Both the position numbers and the translations under genes were made by a program. DNA of 64,000 bases from an uncultured Anaerolinea sp. GTDB taxonomy: Bacteria; Chloroflexota; Anaerolineae; Anaerolineales; Anaerolineaceae. Positions within the stretch are counted from its first letter, which is position 1. The number at the start of each line of letters is the position of its first letter. The DNA is taken from assembly GCA_964483135.1 (NCBI GenBank), contig CAZAAJ010000002.1, positions 6,511-70,510 on the forward strand, in the 5' to 3' direction. Shown one piece after another: positions 1 to 9,887 of the stretch. Under the pieces are notes generated by a model. It ran no database searches. It had not been told where the DNA came from and saw nothing but the letters and a program-made list of their open reading frames with translations.

Positions 1-203
1 GTAGGCTGTGAAGTGGTTGGATGAATCGGGTTTTCTTTAAGCTTTTCGTAGAACTCCAAACCGGAAAGCTCAACCCCATCCAGGTACTGCGACTTCCCCC
101 AAACAATGGTCAGTGGAACCACCAATAACCCGTATTGTTCCCGCAAGGACAAGGGAAGATCATTCGTACTATCGGTAATTATCGCAATTTTTTCTTTTGT
201 CAT
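1..203 (-). CDS. DegV family protein, N-terminal fragment (gene runs off window start)
   Basis: Not in ORF track because truncated. Reverse translation from ATG at 203..201 gives MTKEKIAIITDSTNDLPLSLREQYGLLVVPLTIVWGKSQYLDGVELSGLEFYEKLKENPIHPTTSQPT, the typical DegV N-terminus (IxxDSxxDLP ... TSQP). It stays open to the window edge. Confidence 0.6.
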   Translation of the reverse strand, partial: MTKEKIAIITDSTNDLPLSLREQYGLLVVPLTIVWGKSQYLDGVELSGLEFYEKLKENPIHPTTSQP

Positions 204-351
204 CTGGACACCTTCAATAATATTTTGCCTGATTATAAAAAAATTCATGTGAACATGTGTATGACTATTGATAGATTTTTACAACAGAATTTATCCTGAT
301 AAAATAGTAATTCATCCTGTTTACAAAGCCGCGCATAAAGGCTTCATTAAT

Positions 352-1590
352 ATGATTGATAAAATTCGCTCAACTGTTCGTAAATATCCCCGGAATTTCT
401 GGATCCTCATCGGGTCTCTATTCATAGACCGCCTCGGCGGAGCGTTGATTTTCCCATTCTTCTCGCTTTACATCACCGAAAAGTTCGGCGTCGGGATGAC
501 CCAGGTTGGCACCCTGTTTGCGTTCTATGCGGTTTCCAGCTTTATCGGTTCACTCATTGGCGGCGCGCTTACTGACCGCTTTGGCCGCCGCTCGTTGATG
601 ATCTTCGGATTAATTTCCAGCGCTTTTTCTGCTCTCATCATGGGGTTGTCAAAGGATTTTCACACCTTCTTCGTCTTTTCCGTGATCGTCGGCGCATTTG
701 CCGATATGGGGCACCCTGCCAGTCAGGCTATGTTGACCGATATCCTGCCTGAAGCGAAACGAATTGAGGGATTTGGCATCCTGCGAGTGGTTGCCAACCT
801 GGCGGTTACCATTGGACCAGCCATTGGAGGTTTGATCGCGTCCAAATCTTTCTTCGCGCTTTTCATCATCGATGCTGTTGCCTCTTCGATCACTGCCCTC
901 ATCGTTTACCTCACCATGCCCGAAACCAAGCCTGAAAAACGTGCTGATCAACCTCACGAAACGATCTTCCAAACATTCAAGGGGTATTCAGTAGCGATCA
1001 AGGACAGCATCTTCATGGCATTCCTTGGCGTTTCCGCCATCAGTGTCATTGTTTACATGCAGATGAATACCACGCTATCGGTATATCTTCGGGACGTACA
1101 TCAAATCACAACCCAGCAGTTCGGGTACATCCTCAGCCTGAACGCGGCGATGGTGGTGGTTTTTCAATTCTGGGTAACGCGTAAGATCTCAAAATACGCA
1201 CCGATGGTATTGATGACATTTGGAACACTGTTCTACCTGGTTGGTTTCACCATGTACGGCTTTACCACCACATATCCGTTGTTCTTGTTCGCAATGGTGA
1301 TCATCACCATAGGCGAGATGATCGTTTCGCCAACCTCCACAGCGCTGGTGGCTCGCCTTGCGCCATTGGATATGCGCGGTCGCTACATGGCGGTTTCCGG
1401 ATTCAGCTGGATCATCCCATCAGCCATAGGTCCTCTGTTCGCTGGCTTTATTATGGATAATTACGACCCACGCTGGGTTTGGTACGCTTGCGGCATCCTT
1501 GCTGCAATAGCCACACTGGGCTTTCTACTGCTTTCCCGCAGTGCATCCGAAAGGCTGCAGCATTCAGATTCTCAAAGTGCAAAAGATTAA
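352..1590 (+). CDS. MFS transporter
   Basis: ORF 268..1590 begins at a TTG. The first ATG is at 352 (MIDKIRSTVRKYPRNFW), just before TM1. About 12 hydrophobic segments; MFS loop motif LTDRFGRR between TM2 and TM3. The start is uncertain (268 or 352). Confidence 0.85.
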   Translation: MIDKIRSTVRKYPRNFWILIGSLFIDRLGGALIFPFFSLYITEKFGVGMTQVGTLFAFYAVSSFIGSLIGGALTDRFGRRSLMIFGLISSAFSALIMGLSKDFHTFFVFSVIVGAFADMGHPASQAMLTDILPEAKRIEGFGILRVVANLAVTIGPAIGGLIASKSFFALFIIDAVASSITALIVYLTMPETKPEKRADQPHETIFQTFKGYSVAIKDSIFMAFLGVSAISVIVYMQMNTTLSVYLRDVHQITTQQFGYILSLNAAMVVVFQFWVTRKISKYAPMVLMTFGTLFYLVGFTMYGFTTTYPLFLFAMVIITIGEMIVSPTSTALVARLAPLDMRGRYMAVSGFSWIIPSAIGPLFAGFIMDNYDPRWVWYACGILAAIATLGFLLLSRSASERLQHSDSQSAKD

Positions 1591-1655
1591 CCACCCTATT
1601 CAATTATTGATTGGTTACATTCATCACATTTTGTCAGACAATCGGGATATTATTC

Positions 1656-1684
1656 TTGTAAAGCGATTTTAAACATGCTATTAT
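1656..1684 (+). promoter_or_regulatory. Candidate sigma70-type promoter for the Mo-hydroxylase operon
   Basis: TTGTAA (1656-1661), a 17-nt spacer, then TATTAT (1679-1684) in an AT-rich intergenic region. It would give a leader of about 180 nt before the ATG at 1870. Confidence 0.3.
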
Positions 1685-1869
1685 TTCTAAATAGCCAGAG
1701 TGTCCCGGTTTCATTTATTTTTAATAGATCAATCCCATTAAAGAATGAGAGGTGATTTTTCCCCCAATCGATAAAATCTTGAAAACAAACCCGGTGATTG
1801 TGAATGTTTGCGAAATTAACCTTATGAAATCACCAGCTTTGCTGGAAAATTCCAAAGACAGGACATAAT

Positions 1870-2763
1870 ATGATTAATCCTCATCCTGGACTACCCGAAC
1901 TGCAATATGTAAAACCAAACTCCCTTGCCGAAGCCAGCAAATTCCTGGCAGATCACGATGGAATCGCCCGTCCATTCGCCGGTGGAACCGATAATTTTGT
2001 CCGCTTGCGTGATGGCGTACTGAAACTGGATTACCTGGTGGACGTAAAAGGACTGGAGGGCGTGCACGAGCTTTCCTTTGATGCTAAAAATGGGTTAACC
2101 ATCGGCGCTGCCGTGACAATGAACAAAGTTGCCGCCTATGCGGACGTCATCAAGCATTATCCCAACCTTGCCCAGGCTGCCCAATCCGTTGCCAGCTACC
2201 AGCTGCGTAACCGCGCCACGATCATTGGCAACATTTGCAATGCCTCGCCCGCGGGTGACACCATCGGCACTTGCATGATCCTGGATGGTGTGCTCAAAGT
2301 GCATGGTCTTGAGGGTTTTCGTGATGTTTCGCTAAGCTCTTTCTTTTTAGCTCCAGGACGCACTGTGTTAAAACCAGGGGATGTGGTAGTAGCCATCACC
2401 CTGCCCCTGCCCCCCAAAGGATTTGTTGGAACCTATAAAAAACTCGGGAGAAATGCCATCGGTGATCTTTCGATCGTTGGTGTTGCTGTATTGGGATATC
2501 CCTCGAAAGAAAGTCCCTCCGGATTCCAGTTCCGCATCGCGCTGGCTTCCGTTGCTCCCGTTCCATTTGAAGCGCTTAAAGCCGAGGCTGTCCTCAGCGA
2601 GAAAAAGATCACCGATGAATCGATCACCAGGGCTGCTGAAGCTGCCATGGAATCAGTCACTCCCATCGATGATGTCCGCGGTTCAGCCCGATACCGCAAG
2701 TTCATGGTACGCAACCTTACCCGTGAAGCATTAACCGAAGTCTGGAAAAAACTAAGCAAATAG
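1870..2763 (+). CDS. Xanthine dehydrogenase family, FAD-binding (medium, CoxM/XdhB-like) subunit
   Basis: 297 aa. FAGGTDNF FAD-binding motif near the N-terminus, and a C-terminal CO-dehydrogenase-flavoprotein-like region (SARYRK). It is first of three adjacent subunit genes. Confidence 0.9.
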   Translation: MINPHPGLPELQYVKPNSLAEASKFLADHDGIARPFAGGTDNFVRLRDGVLKLDYLVDVKGLEGVHELSFDAKNGLTIGAAVTMNKVAAYADVIKHYPNLAQAAQSVASYQLRNRATIIGNICNASPAGDTIGTCMILDGVLKVHGLEGFRDVSLSSFFLAPGRTVLKPGDVVVAITLPLPPKGFVGTYKKLGRNAIGDLSIVGVAVLGYPSKESPSGFQFRIALASVAPVPFEALKAEAVLSEKKITDESITRAAEAAMESVTPIDDVRGSARYRKFMVRNLTREALTEVWKKLSK

Positions 2764-2806
2764 TCCACCGTGACGATTTGACCTATAAAGTCAGGAGGCA
2801 AGAAAA

Positions 2807-3268
2807 ATGAATTATTCAACAATTACCCTCACCGTCAATGACCTGGTTGAAACGGTGGATGTCCCCCAAAACATGACCCTGCTGCAAATGATCCGCGAGA
2901 AGTTATCCCTTACCGGCACGAAGAACGGTTGTTCAGCCGGAGAATGCGGCGCTTGCACAGTGTTGATAAATGGCGAACCCGTGAACAGCTGCATGGTCTT
3001 GGCTGCTGAATGTGACGGTGCAGTCATCACCACGGTTGAAGGATTGGCTAAAGGTGGAAAACTCACCCAGCTTCAGGAAGCGATCATCAAATCCGGTGGC
3101 GTGCAATGTGGTTTCTGCACCCCCGGTATGCTCATTTCGGCGACTGCCCTGTTGAAACGCAATCCTCACCCCACCGAAGTCGAGATCCGCGAAGCGATCG
3201 TTGGCAACCTCTGCCGCTGCACCGGATACGTCCGCATTGTGGACGCGATCAAGCAGACTGCGAAATAA
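2807..3268 (+). CDS. Xanthine dehydrogenase family, [2Fe-2S]-binding small subunit
   Basis: 153 aa. Plant-type ferredoxin cluster CSAGECGACTV plus the second cluster motifs CGFCTPG and CRCTGY. Confidence 0.92.
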   Translation: MNYSTITLTVNDLVETVDVPQNMTLLQMIREKLSLTGTKNGCSAGECGACTVLINGEPVNSCMVLAAECDGAVITTVEGLAKGGKLTQLQEAIIKSGGVQCGFCTPGMLISATALLKRNPHPTEVEIREAIVGNLCRCTGYVRIVDAIKQTAK

Positions 3269-3304
3269 GCGCGGTAACAACCAGATCTTCCAAGGAGCCA
3301 AATT

Positions 3305-5662
3305 ATGGCAAACGTAAAAACCAAAGAAAAAGTATCCAATCCGATCGGCGCATCAGTACCGCGCAATGACGTTTACGAAAAGGTGACCGGTACCGCGGTT
3401 TACGCCGATGATATCCAGTTCGGGAACAAATTACTCCACGCCCGCGCAGTCCGCAGCCCTTACCCGCATGCGTTGATCAAGCGGGTTGACACCACTAAAG
3501 CCGAAAAACTACCCGGGGTTAAAGCAGTGGTTACCGGCAAAGACTTCCCCAACCGCATGGGTTTATACCTGCAGGATAAGACCATTTTCGCAATTGACAG
3601 GGTACGTTACCTGGGCGACCCGGTGGCAGCCGTGGCAGCCATCTCCGATGAGATTGCCATGAAGGCATGTGAATTGGTGGAAGTGGAATATGAGCCGCTG
3701 GAAGGTGTTTTCGATCCTGAATATGGCGCTTCAAAAGAAGCTCCGCTTATCCACCCCCAACTGGGCGAATACGTCTATCCGAATTTCATTTTCCCTGAAC
3801 CGGGAACCAATATCGCCAACCATTTCAAGATTCGTAAGGGGGATGTGGAAAAAGCTTGGAAAGACTGCGCCCACATCGTTGAACGCCATTTTGTTATTCC
3901 TCACATTCAGCACGTACCCATCGAAACCCATATCGCCATCGCCCAAATGGACGAGAAGGGTAAAGTAACCCTGTGGGCTTCTTCGCAGTCCCCCTTTGCC
4001 CAGCGTAACCTCATCGCCAAAGCCCTGCATATTTCTCAGAGTGACCTACGTGTGATCGCACCGCTGGTCGGCGGCGGATTCGGTTCCAAAGCCGGCGTTA
4101 CCATGGAAGCAATCCCGGTAGCGCTCGCCACCAAATGCAAGGGTTGGCCGGTAAAAATGATCCTCACCCGCGAGGAAGAGTTCTTCACCAACTTCGTCCG
4201 CCAGGGTCTTTCGATCCATGTAAAGGTCGGCTGCGATAAAGAAGGCAACCTTGTTGCGCTCAAGAACATGATGTACTGGGACGGCGGCGCTTCTACAGAA
4301 TACGGCACCAATGTCACCCGCGCCGGCGGTTATTCCAGCTCCGGTCCTTACGACATCCCCAATGTTTCTACCGACAGCATCTGCGTTTACACCAACCATC
4401 CCATCGGCGGTGCCTACCGCGGCTTTGGTATGTCCGAGCTGCATACCGGGCTTGACCAGGCGATGGATGAACTCGCTGAAAAAGTAGGCCTTGATAAGAT
4501 AACTTTCCTTAAGAAGAACGCAGTACAGGAAGGCGACACCCTTGTTACCGGCATGATCATGCACGCCAACGGCATCCAGCAATGCATCGACAATGTTGCC
4601 AAATCACTTAATTTCAATGAAAAATCCAAACCCTCCTCTCCCGACCGGCTGCGTGGTAAAGGTATCGCCGTCATGTGGAAAGCCCCCGCCATGCCCCCGA
4701 ACGCTGGCTCCAGCGCATGGGTTGAACTTGCCGAAGATGGCAATATCACTGTTGGTCTGGGCGGTCAGGAAATCGGACAGGGTACTTTCACTGTGATGGC
4801 TCAAATGGCAGCCTCCGCCCTGGGTGTGCCCTACGAAAAGGTACGCATTGCCGGACCTGTGGATACTCAATACAGCCCCTATGAATGGCAAACCGTTGCC
4901 AGCCGCCTTACCTGGAGCATGGGGAACGCCGTCCGGGCTGCTGCTTCGGATGCGCGCCGCCAGATCCTCGAGATGGTTGCTGAGGCCTGGAAAGAAAAAA
5001 CTGAAGACCTGGATATCGTCAACGGTGTAGTCGTCTCTTACAAGAGTGAACAGGAAATTCCGTTGACCGATATCGTCATCTATGGCATGCCCAAGAAAAA
5101 TGACGAAGGTTGGATGGGCGGTCCCATCATCGGGCGCGGCTCCTTCATGCCCAAGTACGTGACCAACCTGGATGCCGAGACCGGTCAGGGTGCCCGCGCT
5201 GTGGTGCACTACACCGTCGGCTGCGAAGGTCTGGATATCGAAATCGATAAGAGTACCGGGCAGATCCATGTGCTTAAGGCTGCAGCGGCGTTCGATGTCG
5301 GTAAAGCCATCAACCCTGAGCTGGTCAAAGGACAGATCGAAGGCGGTTTCGTGCAAGGACTAAGTTCCGCCATGTTTGAGGAGATCAAATTAAAGCAGGG
5401 AGTCATGACCAATCCCTCCTTTGTAGATTACCGCATCGCCACCGCCCCGGACGTGAACTTCCCGCTGGAAACCCCGTATGTTGAGGTGCCGCAGGATGAC
5501 GGTCCGTGGGGTGCGCGCGGAGTCGGTGAACACCCAATGGTGCCTACTATCGCAGCGCTTGGCAATGCCATTTACGCCGCCACCGGTATCCGCCTGCAGG
5601 GTCCCCCCTACTCTGCCGAAAAGATCTACCTGGCAATGCTCGACGCCGGGATCGTAAAATAA
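3305..5662 (+). CDS. Xanthine dehydrogenase family, molybdopterin-binding large subunit
   Basis: 785 aa. Ald_Xan_dh N-terminal hammerhead region, VGGGFGSK motif and the GVGE motif near the C-terminus. Substrate cannot be assigned from sequence alone. Confidence 0.92.
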   Translation: MANVKTKEKVSNPIGASVPRNDVYEKVTGTAVYADDIQFGNKLLHARAVRSPYPHALIKRVDTTKAEKLPGVKAVVTGKDFPNRMGLYLQDKTIFAIDRVRYLGDPVAAVAAISDEIAMKACELVEVEYEPLEGVFDPEYGASKEAPLIHPQLGEYVYPNFIFPEPGTNIANHFKIRKGDVEKAWKDCAHIVERHFVIPHIQHVPIETHIAIAQMDEKGKVTLWASSQSPFAQRNLIAKALHISQSDLRVIAPLVGGGFGSKAGVTMEAIPVALATKCKGWPVKMILTREEEFFTNFVRQGLSIHVKVGCDKEGNLVALKNMMYWDGGASTEYGTNVTRAGGYSSSGPYDIPNVSTDSICVYTNHPIGGAYRGFGMSELHTGLDQAMDELAEKVGLDKITFLKKNAVQEGDTLVTGMIMHANGIQQCIDNVAKSLNFNEKSKPSSPDRLRGKGIAVMWKAPAMPPNAGSSAWVELAEDGNITVGLGGQEIGQGTFTVMAQMAASALGVPYEKVRIAGPVDTQYSPYEWQTVASRLTWSMGNAVRAAASDARRQILEMVAEAWKEKTEDLDIVNGVVVSYKSEQEIPLTDIVIYGMPKKNDEGWMGGPIIGRGSFMPKYVTNLDAETGQGARAVVHYTVGCEGLDIEIDKSTGQIHVLKAAAAFDVGKAINPELVKGQIEGGFVQGLSSAMFEEIKLKQGVMTNPSFVDYRIATAPDVNFPLETPYVEVPQDDGPWGARGVGEHPMVPTIAALGNAIYAATGIRLQGPPYSAEKIYLAMLDAGIVK

Positions 5663-5739
5663 TCGTGTTATATAGGAAAATGCCGGATTTGCTGTTCCGG
5701 CATTTTTATACTCTTTTTTCATGACCAAAGGAATACGTT

Positions 5740-6978
5740 ATGACTGAGAATTATGACTTGATCGTTCGCAATGCCCTGTTAAGGGATGCTACCAAGACTA
5801 CCGACATCGCCCTCCGGGATGGAAAGATTGCTAAATTAGGAAACAAGCTCGAAGGCAAAGCCGGCAAAGAGTTGGACGCCCGCGGCAACCTGGTGACAGA
5901 ATCCTTTGTCAACACCCATTTGCATCTATGCAAAGTCTACACCCTGATGATGATGGACGAAGCCGCGCTCAAGGATTACCAGGGCGCAGACATGGGTAAA
6001 GCCATGACCGCCATCGAACTGGCAGCCAGGGTCAAAGAAAAATATGACGAGAAGTGGATCATCAAGAATGTACGCCGCGTGCTGGCGCTGGCTGGCCGGT
6101 ACGGATGCACCCACATCCGCGCGTTTGCTGATGTGGACTCCAAGGGAAAACTGGAAGGCGTTAAAGCTCTGATCAAAGCCCGTGAGGAATTCAAAGGGAT
6201 CGTGGATGTGCAGGTGGTTGCCTTCGCCCAGGATGGCGTGGTTCGTGAACCCGGCACCGAAAAACTGATGCGCGAAGCCATGAAAATGGGCGCTGATGTG
6301 GTCGGCGGTATCCCCTGGATCGAATACACTGATGCCGATACTGCCGAGCATGTGCGGTTTTGTTTCAAACTGGCACGGGAATTCAATAAACCCGTCTCCA
6401 TGCTGGTAGACGATGCCGGTGATCCCGGATTACGCTCGATCGAGGTGATGGCGCTGGAAACGATAAAAAACGGCTGGCAGGGAAGATCACTGGCACATCA
6501 CGCCCGCGCCATGTCCATGTATCCCAAGCCGTACCTGCAGAAACTGACCGCGCTGCTCAAAAAAGCCCAAATGGGTGTAGTCAGTGACCCGCATACTGGT
6601 CCTCTGCATGCACGGGTGCGCGAATTGCTCGAAGAGAACGTGCTGGTCAGCCTCGGGCAGGATGATATTTCCGATGCCTATTACCCGTATGGGCGCAATA
6701 ACATGCTCGAAGTGGCTTTCCTTAACTCTCATCTTCTGTGGTTTACCACCCGTGATGACATGGAAATTCTGTATAACATGGTAACTAAAAATGCCGCCAA
6801 ATGCATCGGCATTGAAAACCATGAGATCAAAGAAGGTGCCCCGGCGAACCTGGTGGTACTCGATCAACCTAATGTGCTGGAAGCGCTGCGTTTCCATGAA
6901 AAACCGGTTTACGTGATCAGCCACGGAAAACTAGTCGACCAGGCAGCCATGGACAAGATCTACGAGGAAAATAAATAA
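5740..6978 (+). CDS. Metal-dependent amidohydrolase, cytosine deaminase/AtzC-like
   Basis: 412 aa. HxH metal motif (VNTHLHLCK) about 60 residues in, with later conserved His/Asp (HHARAM, GQDD). Same strand, 77 nt after the Mo-hydroxylase genes. Confidence 0.8.
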   Translation: MTENYDLIVRNALLRDATKTTDIALRDGKIAKLGNKLEGKAGKELDARGNLVTESFVNTHLHLCKVYTLMMMDEAALKDYQGADMGKAMTAIELAARVKEKYDEKWIIKNVRRVLALAGRYGCTHIRAFADVDSKGKLEGVKALIKAREEFKGIVDVQVVAFAQDGVVREPGTEKLMREAMKMGADVVGGIPWIEYTDADTAEHVRFCFKLAREFNKPVSMLVDDAGDPGLRSIEVMALETIKNGWQGRSLAHHARAMSMYPKPYLQKLTALLKKAQMGVVSDPHTGPLHARVRELLEENVLVSLGQDDISDAYYPYGRNNMLEVAFLNSHLLWFTTRDDMEILYNMVTKNAAKCIGIENHEIKEGAPANLVVLDQPNVLEALRFHEKPVYVISHGKLVDQAAMDKIYEENK

Positions 6979-7016
6979 CCAAAACCGCGGGGAAAAGTGA
7001 CTCCGTGGTTTTGGTT
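6977..7016 (+). terminator. Stem-loop after the amidohydrolase gene
   Basis: AACCAAAACCGCGG (6977-6990) pairs with CCGTGGTTTTGGTT (7003-7016). 14 bp with one G-U pair and a 12-nt loop, overlapping the stop codon. No clean U-tract follows. Confidence 0.5.
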
Positions 7017-7066
7017 ACATTAATCACCTTCACATGTGCTTTTCTTACCAAGAGAGTGAATTTTTA

Positions 7067-7095
7067 TTGACAATTTTTGGAAATTTCTCTATGAT
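7067..7095 (+). promoter_or_regulatory. Near-consensus sigma70-type promoter for the BMP/ABC transporter operon
   Basis: TTGACA (7067-7072), exactly 17 nt, then TATGAT (7090-7095). The leader to the ATG at 7280 would be about 180 nt. Confidence 0.55.
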
Positions 7096-7279
7096 ATTGT
7101 ATACAGGAAATTGACAAAATTATCTATTCCTCACCGATTGGACTTATATCGATGAAGGCACAGTATTGATTCTCAAGTCAATAGTCAAGTTATTGATTTC
7201 AATAATTAACAAAGGAGGTGATTTAAAACAGTATCTGATCGGTCGGGAAAACCAATCAATAATTAGAAAAGAGGAGAAT

Positions 7280-8284
7280 ATGTTCAAGAAGATTTCAATC
7301 GTCATTGCAGCACTTATGGTCCTCACGTTGATCGCCGGCTGCGCTGGTGGTGCAACAACCAATAGCGGCAAGCTTCAGGTATACGGTGCCTATGCCACCC
7401 CAATTGAAGAACCCTGGGATGGTGTGATCCATGTTGCTCTTCAAAAAGCAGCCACCGATGGACTAATTGAATACAACTACACCGAAAATATTGGATATTC
7501 TGGTGATATGGAACGCGTTCTTCGCCAGATCGCTGAAGAACAAAAACCTGACCTGATCGTAGGTGATGCATTTGTAAACGAAGAAGCTGTACGCCGCGTT
7601 GCTGCTGATTATCCAAAAATCGCATTCGCATTTGGTTCCGAGTTAGGACCAACGGCGCCAAACCTGGCAGTTTTTGATAACTGGATCCACGAACCTGCCT
7701 ATCTGTCCGGTATGCTTGCCGGTGGAATGACCAAGACCAATACCATCGGTATTGTTGCGGCAGTTCCCATCCCGGAAGTTAATCGTCTCGTCAACGCCTT
7801 CATTGCTGGTGCCAAAGAGACCAATCCCAATGTAAAGGTTCTTGTTTCCTTCATTGGATCCTTCTTTGATCCCGCAACCGCCAAAGAGCAGGCATTAGCT
7901 CACATCAGCGCTGGCGCCGATGTTCTTTATGCCGAACGCGCTGGCGTTATCGAAGCCGCTGCTGAAAAGGGTGTGTATGTCTTCGGCAACATGAGCGATC
8001 AGAACTCAATCGCTCCTGACTGGGTAGTCACCGGCCCCGTCTGGAATATGACCCCAACCGTTGAGTACGTCATCGCCCAGGTTAAAGCTGGAACCTTTTC
8101 ACCCATCGATCTCAAGGACTTCTGCATGATGGCAATGGGCGGCGCCTCCCTCGCAGACTTCCATGGAAATGACAGCAAGGTCCCGGCTGAAGTTCTCGCC
8201 GCAGTGAAAGCCAAGGAAGCAGCCATTAAATCCGGTATGTTCCGTGTACCCATCGATGAGGCTCAACCCCAGGCTGTGAATTAG
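7280..8284 (+). CDS. BMP family (basic membrane protein / nucleoside-type) ABC transporter substrate-binding lipoprotein
   Basis: Chosen start is the ATG at 7280, preceded by GAGGAG. It gives MFKKISIVIAALMVLTLIAGCAGG, a lipoprotein signal peptide with lipobox LIAGC. The mature part resembles the Bmp/PnrA family. The track ORF start at 7166 is an unlikely extension. Confidence 0.88.
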   Translation: MFKKISIVIAALMVLTLIAGCAGGATTNSGKLQVYGAYATPIEEPWDGVIHVALQKAATDGLIEYNYTENIGYSGDMERVLRQIAEEQKPDLIVGDAFVNEEAVRRVAADYPKIAFAFGSELGPTAPNLAVFDNWIHEPAYLSGMLAGGMTKTNTIGIVAAVPIPEVNRLVNAFIAGAKETNPNVKVLVSFIGSFFDPATAKEQALAHISAGADVLYAERAGVIEAAAEKGVYVFGNMSDQNSIAPDWVVTGPVWNMTPTVEYVIAQVKAGTFSPIDLKDFCMMAMGGASLADFHGNDSKVPAEVLAAVKAKEAAIKSGMFRVPIDEAQPQAVN

Positions 8285-8374
8285 TATCTTACTTCTAAGG
8301 GCGGCAGCGAAACTCCACTGCCGCCCTAAAAATAATACACCCGCCTGAGACCAGGCAGGGAAGAAGGATGATTT

Positions 8375-9871
8375 ATGTTCGCTGTCGAAATGAAAGGTGT
8401 TTACAAAACCTTTGGTGCAGTCAAAGCCAACCAGGGGGTTGATTTTTCCCTTGAACAAGGTGAAATTCATGCCCTGCTTGGAGAAAACGGCGCCGGCAAG
8501 ACAACCTTGATGAGGATCCTCTATGGTCTTTACAGGGCGGACGAAGGGGAAATTTTCATCAATGGGCAAAAGGTAGCTATCGAATCTCCAAAAGAAGCAA
8601 TTCGAGCCGGCATCGGCATGGTTACCCAGCATTTTACACTCGTCCCTACATTGACTGTCGCGGAGAATATCGTTCTGGGGTATTCCAACGATATTCTGCT
8701 ATCGCAGAAGGACATCGAAAAAAGCGTTGGCGAGGCATCGAAAAAGTACGGCGTTGAAGTGGATCCGGCCATATTGGTTAAGAATCTCTCGGTCGGCGAG
8801 CGGCAGAGGGTGGAGATCTTAAAAGCGCTTTATCGCGATGCAAAGATCCTGATCATGGATGAACCCACTGCCGTACTTGTTCCACAGGAAGTGGATGTAT
8901 TATTTGAATCGCTCGTCCGCCTGGTAAAATCAGGCCTTTCAGTGATTTTTATCAGCCATAAACTTGTCGAAGTGATGGCTGTTTGTGATCGCATTACTGT
9001 TTTACGGGATGGAAAGGTAACAAGTACAGTCAATAAATCGGAAACGAACCAGGTTGAATTGGCAAAAATGATGGTGGGCAGGGAAACATTCGGAGTAAAA
9101 CGTGAACCCTCAGTAAACGTTGGCGAACCGGTCTATGAAGTTTCCGGGATCACCCTTGAAGGAAATCATGGCAAGAGAATTCTGACCGATATTTCTTTTA
9201 GTTTGAACAAAGGCGAGATTCTCGGAATTGCAGGCGTTTCAGGCAACGGGCAGGGAGAATTAACTCACGTACTTACCGGCTTGACCAGGGCATCCAGCGG
9301 ATCCATCAAAATTGATGGCAAGGAAATTTCACACCTTACTCCAGGAGAAATTTCAAATTCTGGAATTGGCAGAACTCCTGAAGACCGCTATGAAGGTACG
9401 ATCGGGGATTTGACCGTAGCTGAAAACCTGGCAATTGAAAACCTGTCGCAATTCTGCCGGAATGGATTTGTTGACCAGAAAAAAGTGGTCGAATCCGCCA
9501 GGGAGAAGATTAAGGAATTTCAAATTAAAGCTTCTCCGAACGACCAATTGCGAAAACTTTCAGGCGGTAATATGCAAAAAGTTGTACTCGCCAGGGCACT
9601 TGCGCGTAATCCAAAGGTTCTGATCGCATCGCAGCCAACCCGCGGTCTTGATGTTGGTGCAACCGAATATGTGCGTAAACGTCTCCTCGAGGAAAAGGGA
9701 CGCGGCACCGCAGTCGTACTGCTTTCGGAAGACCTCGATGAGGTGCTGGCGCTTTCTGACAGAATCGCCGTGATCTACGAGGGAAAGATCCAGGGAATCG
9801 TTCCTTCTGCACAGGCTACTCCTGAAAAAATCGGGTTAATGATGGCCGGCGCTGGTAAAGCATCGATCTGA
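8375..9871 (+). CDS. ABC transporter ATP-binding protein, duplicated NBD (sugar/nucleoside importer type)
   Basis: 498 aa. First NBD has Walker A GENGAGKT, signature LSVGERQ and Walker B ILIMDEPT. The second NBD has LSGGNMQK. Confidence 0.92.
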   Translation: MFAVEMKGVYKTFGAVKANQGVDFSLEQGEIHALLGENGAGKTTLMRILYGLYRADEGEIFINGQKVAIESPKEAIRAGIGMVTQHFTLVPTLTVAENIVLGYSNDILLSQKDIEKSVGEASKKYGVEVDPAILVKNLSVGERQRVEILKALYRDAKILIMDEPTAVLVPQEVDVLFESLVRLVKSGLSVIFISHKLVEVMAVCDRITVLRDGKVTSTVNKSETNQVELAKMMVGRETFGVKREPSVNVGEPVYEVSGITLEGNHGKRILTDISFSLNKGEILGIAGVSGNGQGELTHVLTGLTRASSGSIKIDGKEISHLTPGEISNSGIGRTPEDRYEGTIGDLTVAENLAIENLSQFCRNGFVDQKKVVESAREKIKEFQIKASPNDQLRKLSGGNMQKVVLARALARNPKVLIASQPTRGLDVGATEYVRKRLLEEKGRGTAVVLLSEDLDEVLALSDRIAVIYEGKIQGIVPSAQATPEKIGLMMAGAGKASI

Positions 9872-9887
9872 AAAAGGAGAATTAATA

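Noticed and set aside
1591-1869. Purine (guanine/adenine/xanthine) riboswitch upstream of the Mo-hydroxylase operon
   Set aside because: I could not find the conserved three-way-junction core (the UAUAAUCGCG...CCGUAAAUGUCCGACUA-like loops) by eye. Only generic hairpins are present. It is left as an unverified long leader; a covariance-model scan is needed.
7166-7279. N-terminal extension of the BMP lipoprotein ORF; similar extensions at 41199..41300, 47663..47731, 54998..55060, 29052..29114 and 45962..46069
   Set aside because: Internal ATGs give proper signal peptides or domain starts, have RBSs, and remove implausible overlaps with upstream genes. The extensions are AT-rich leader sequence or upstream-gene sequence.
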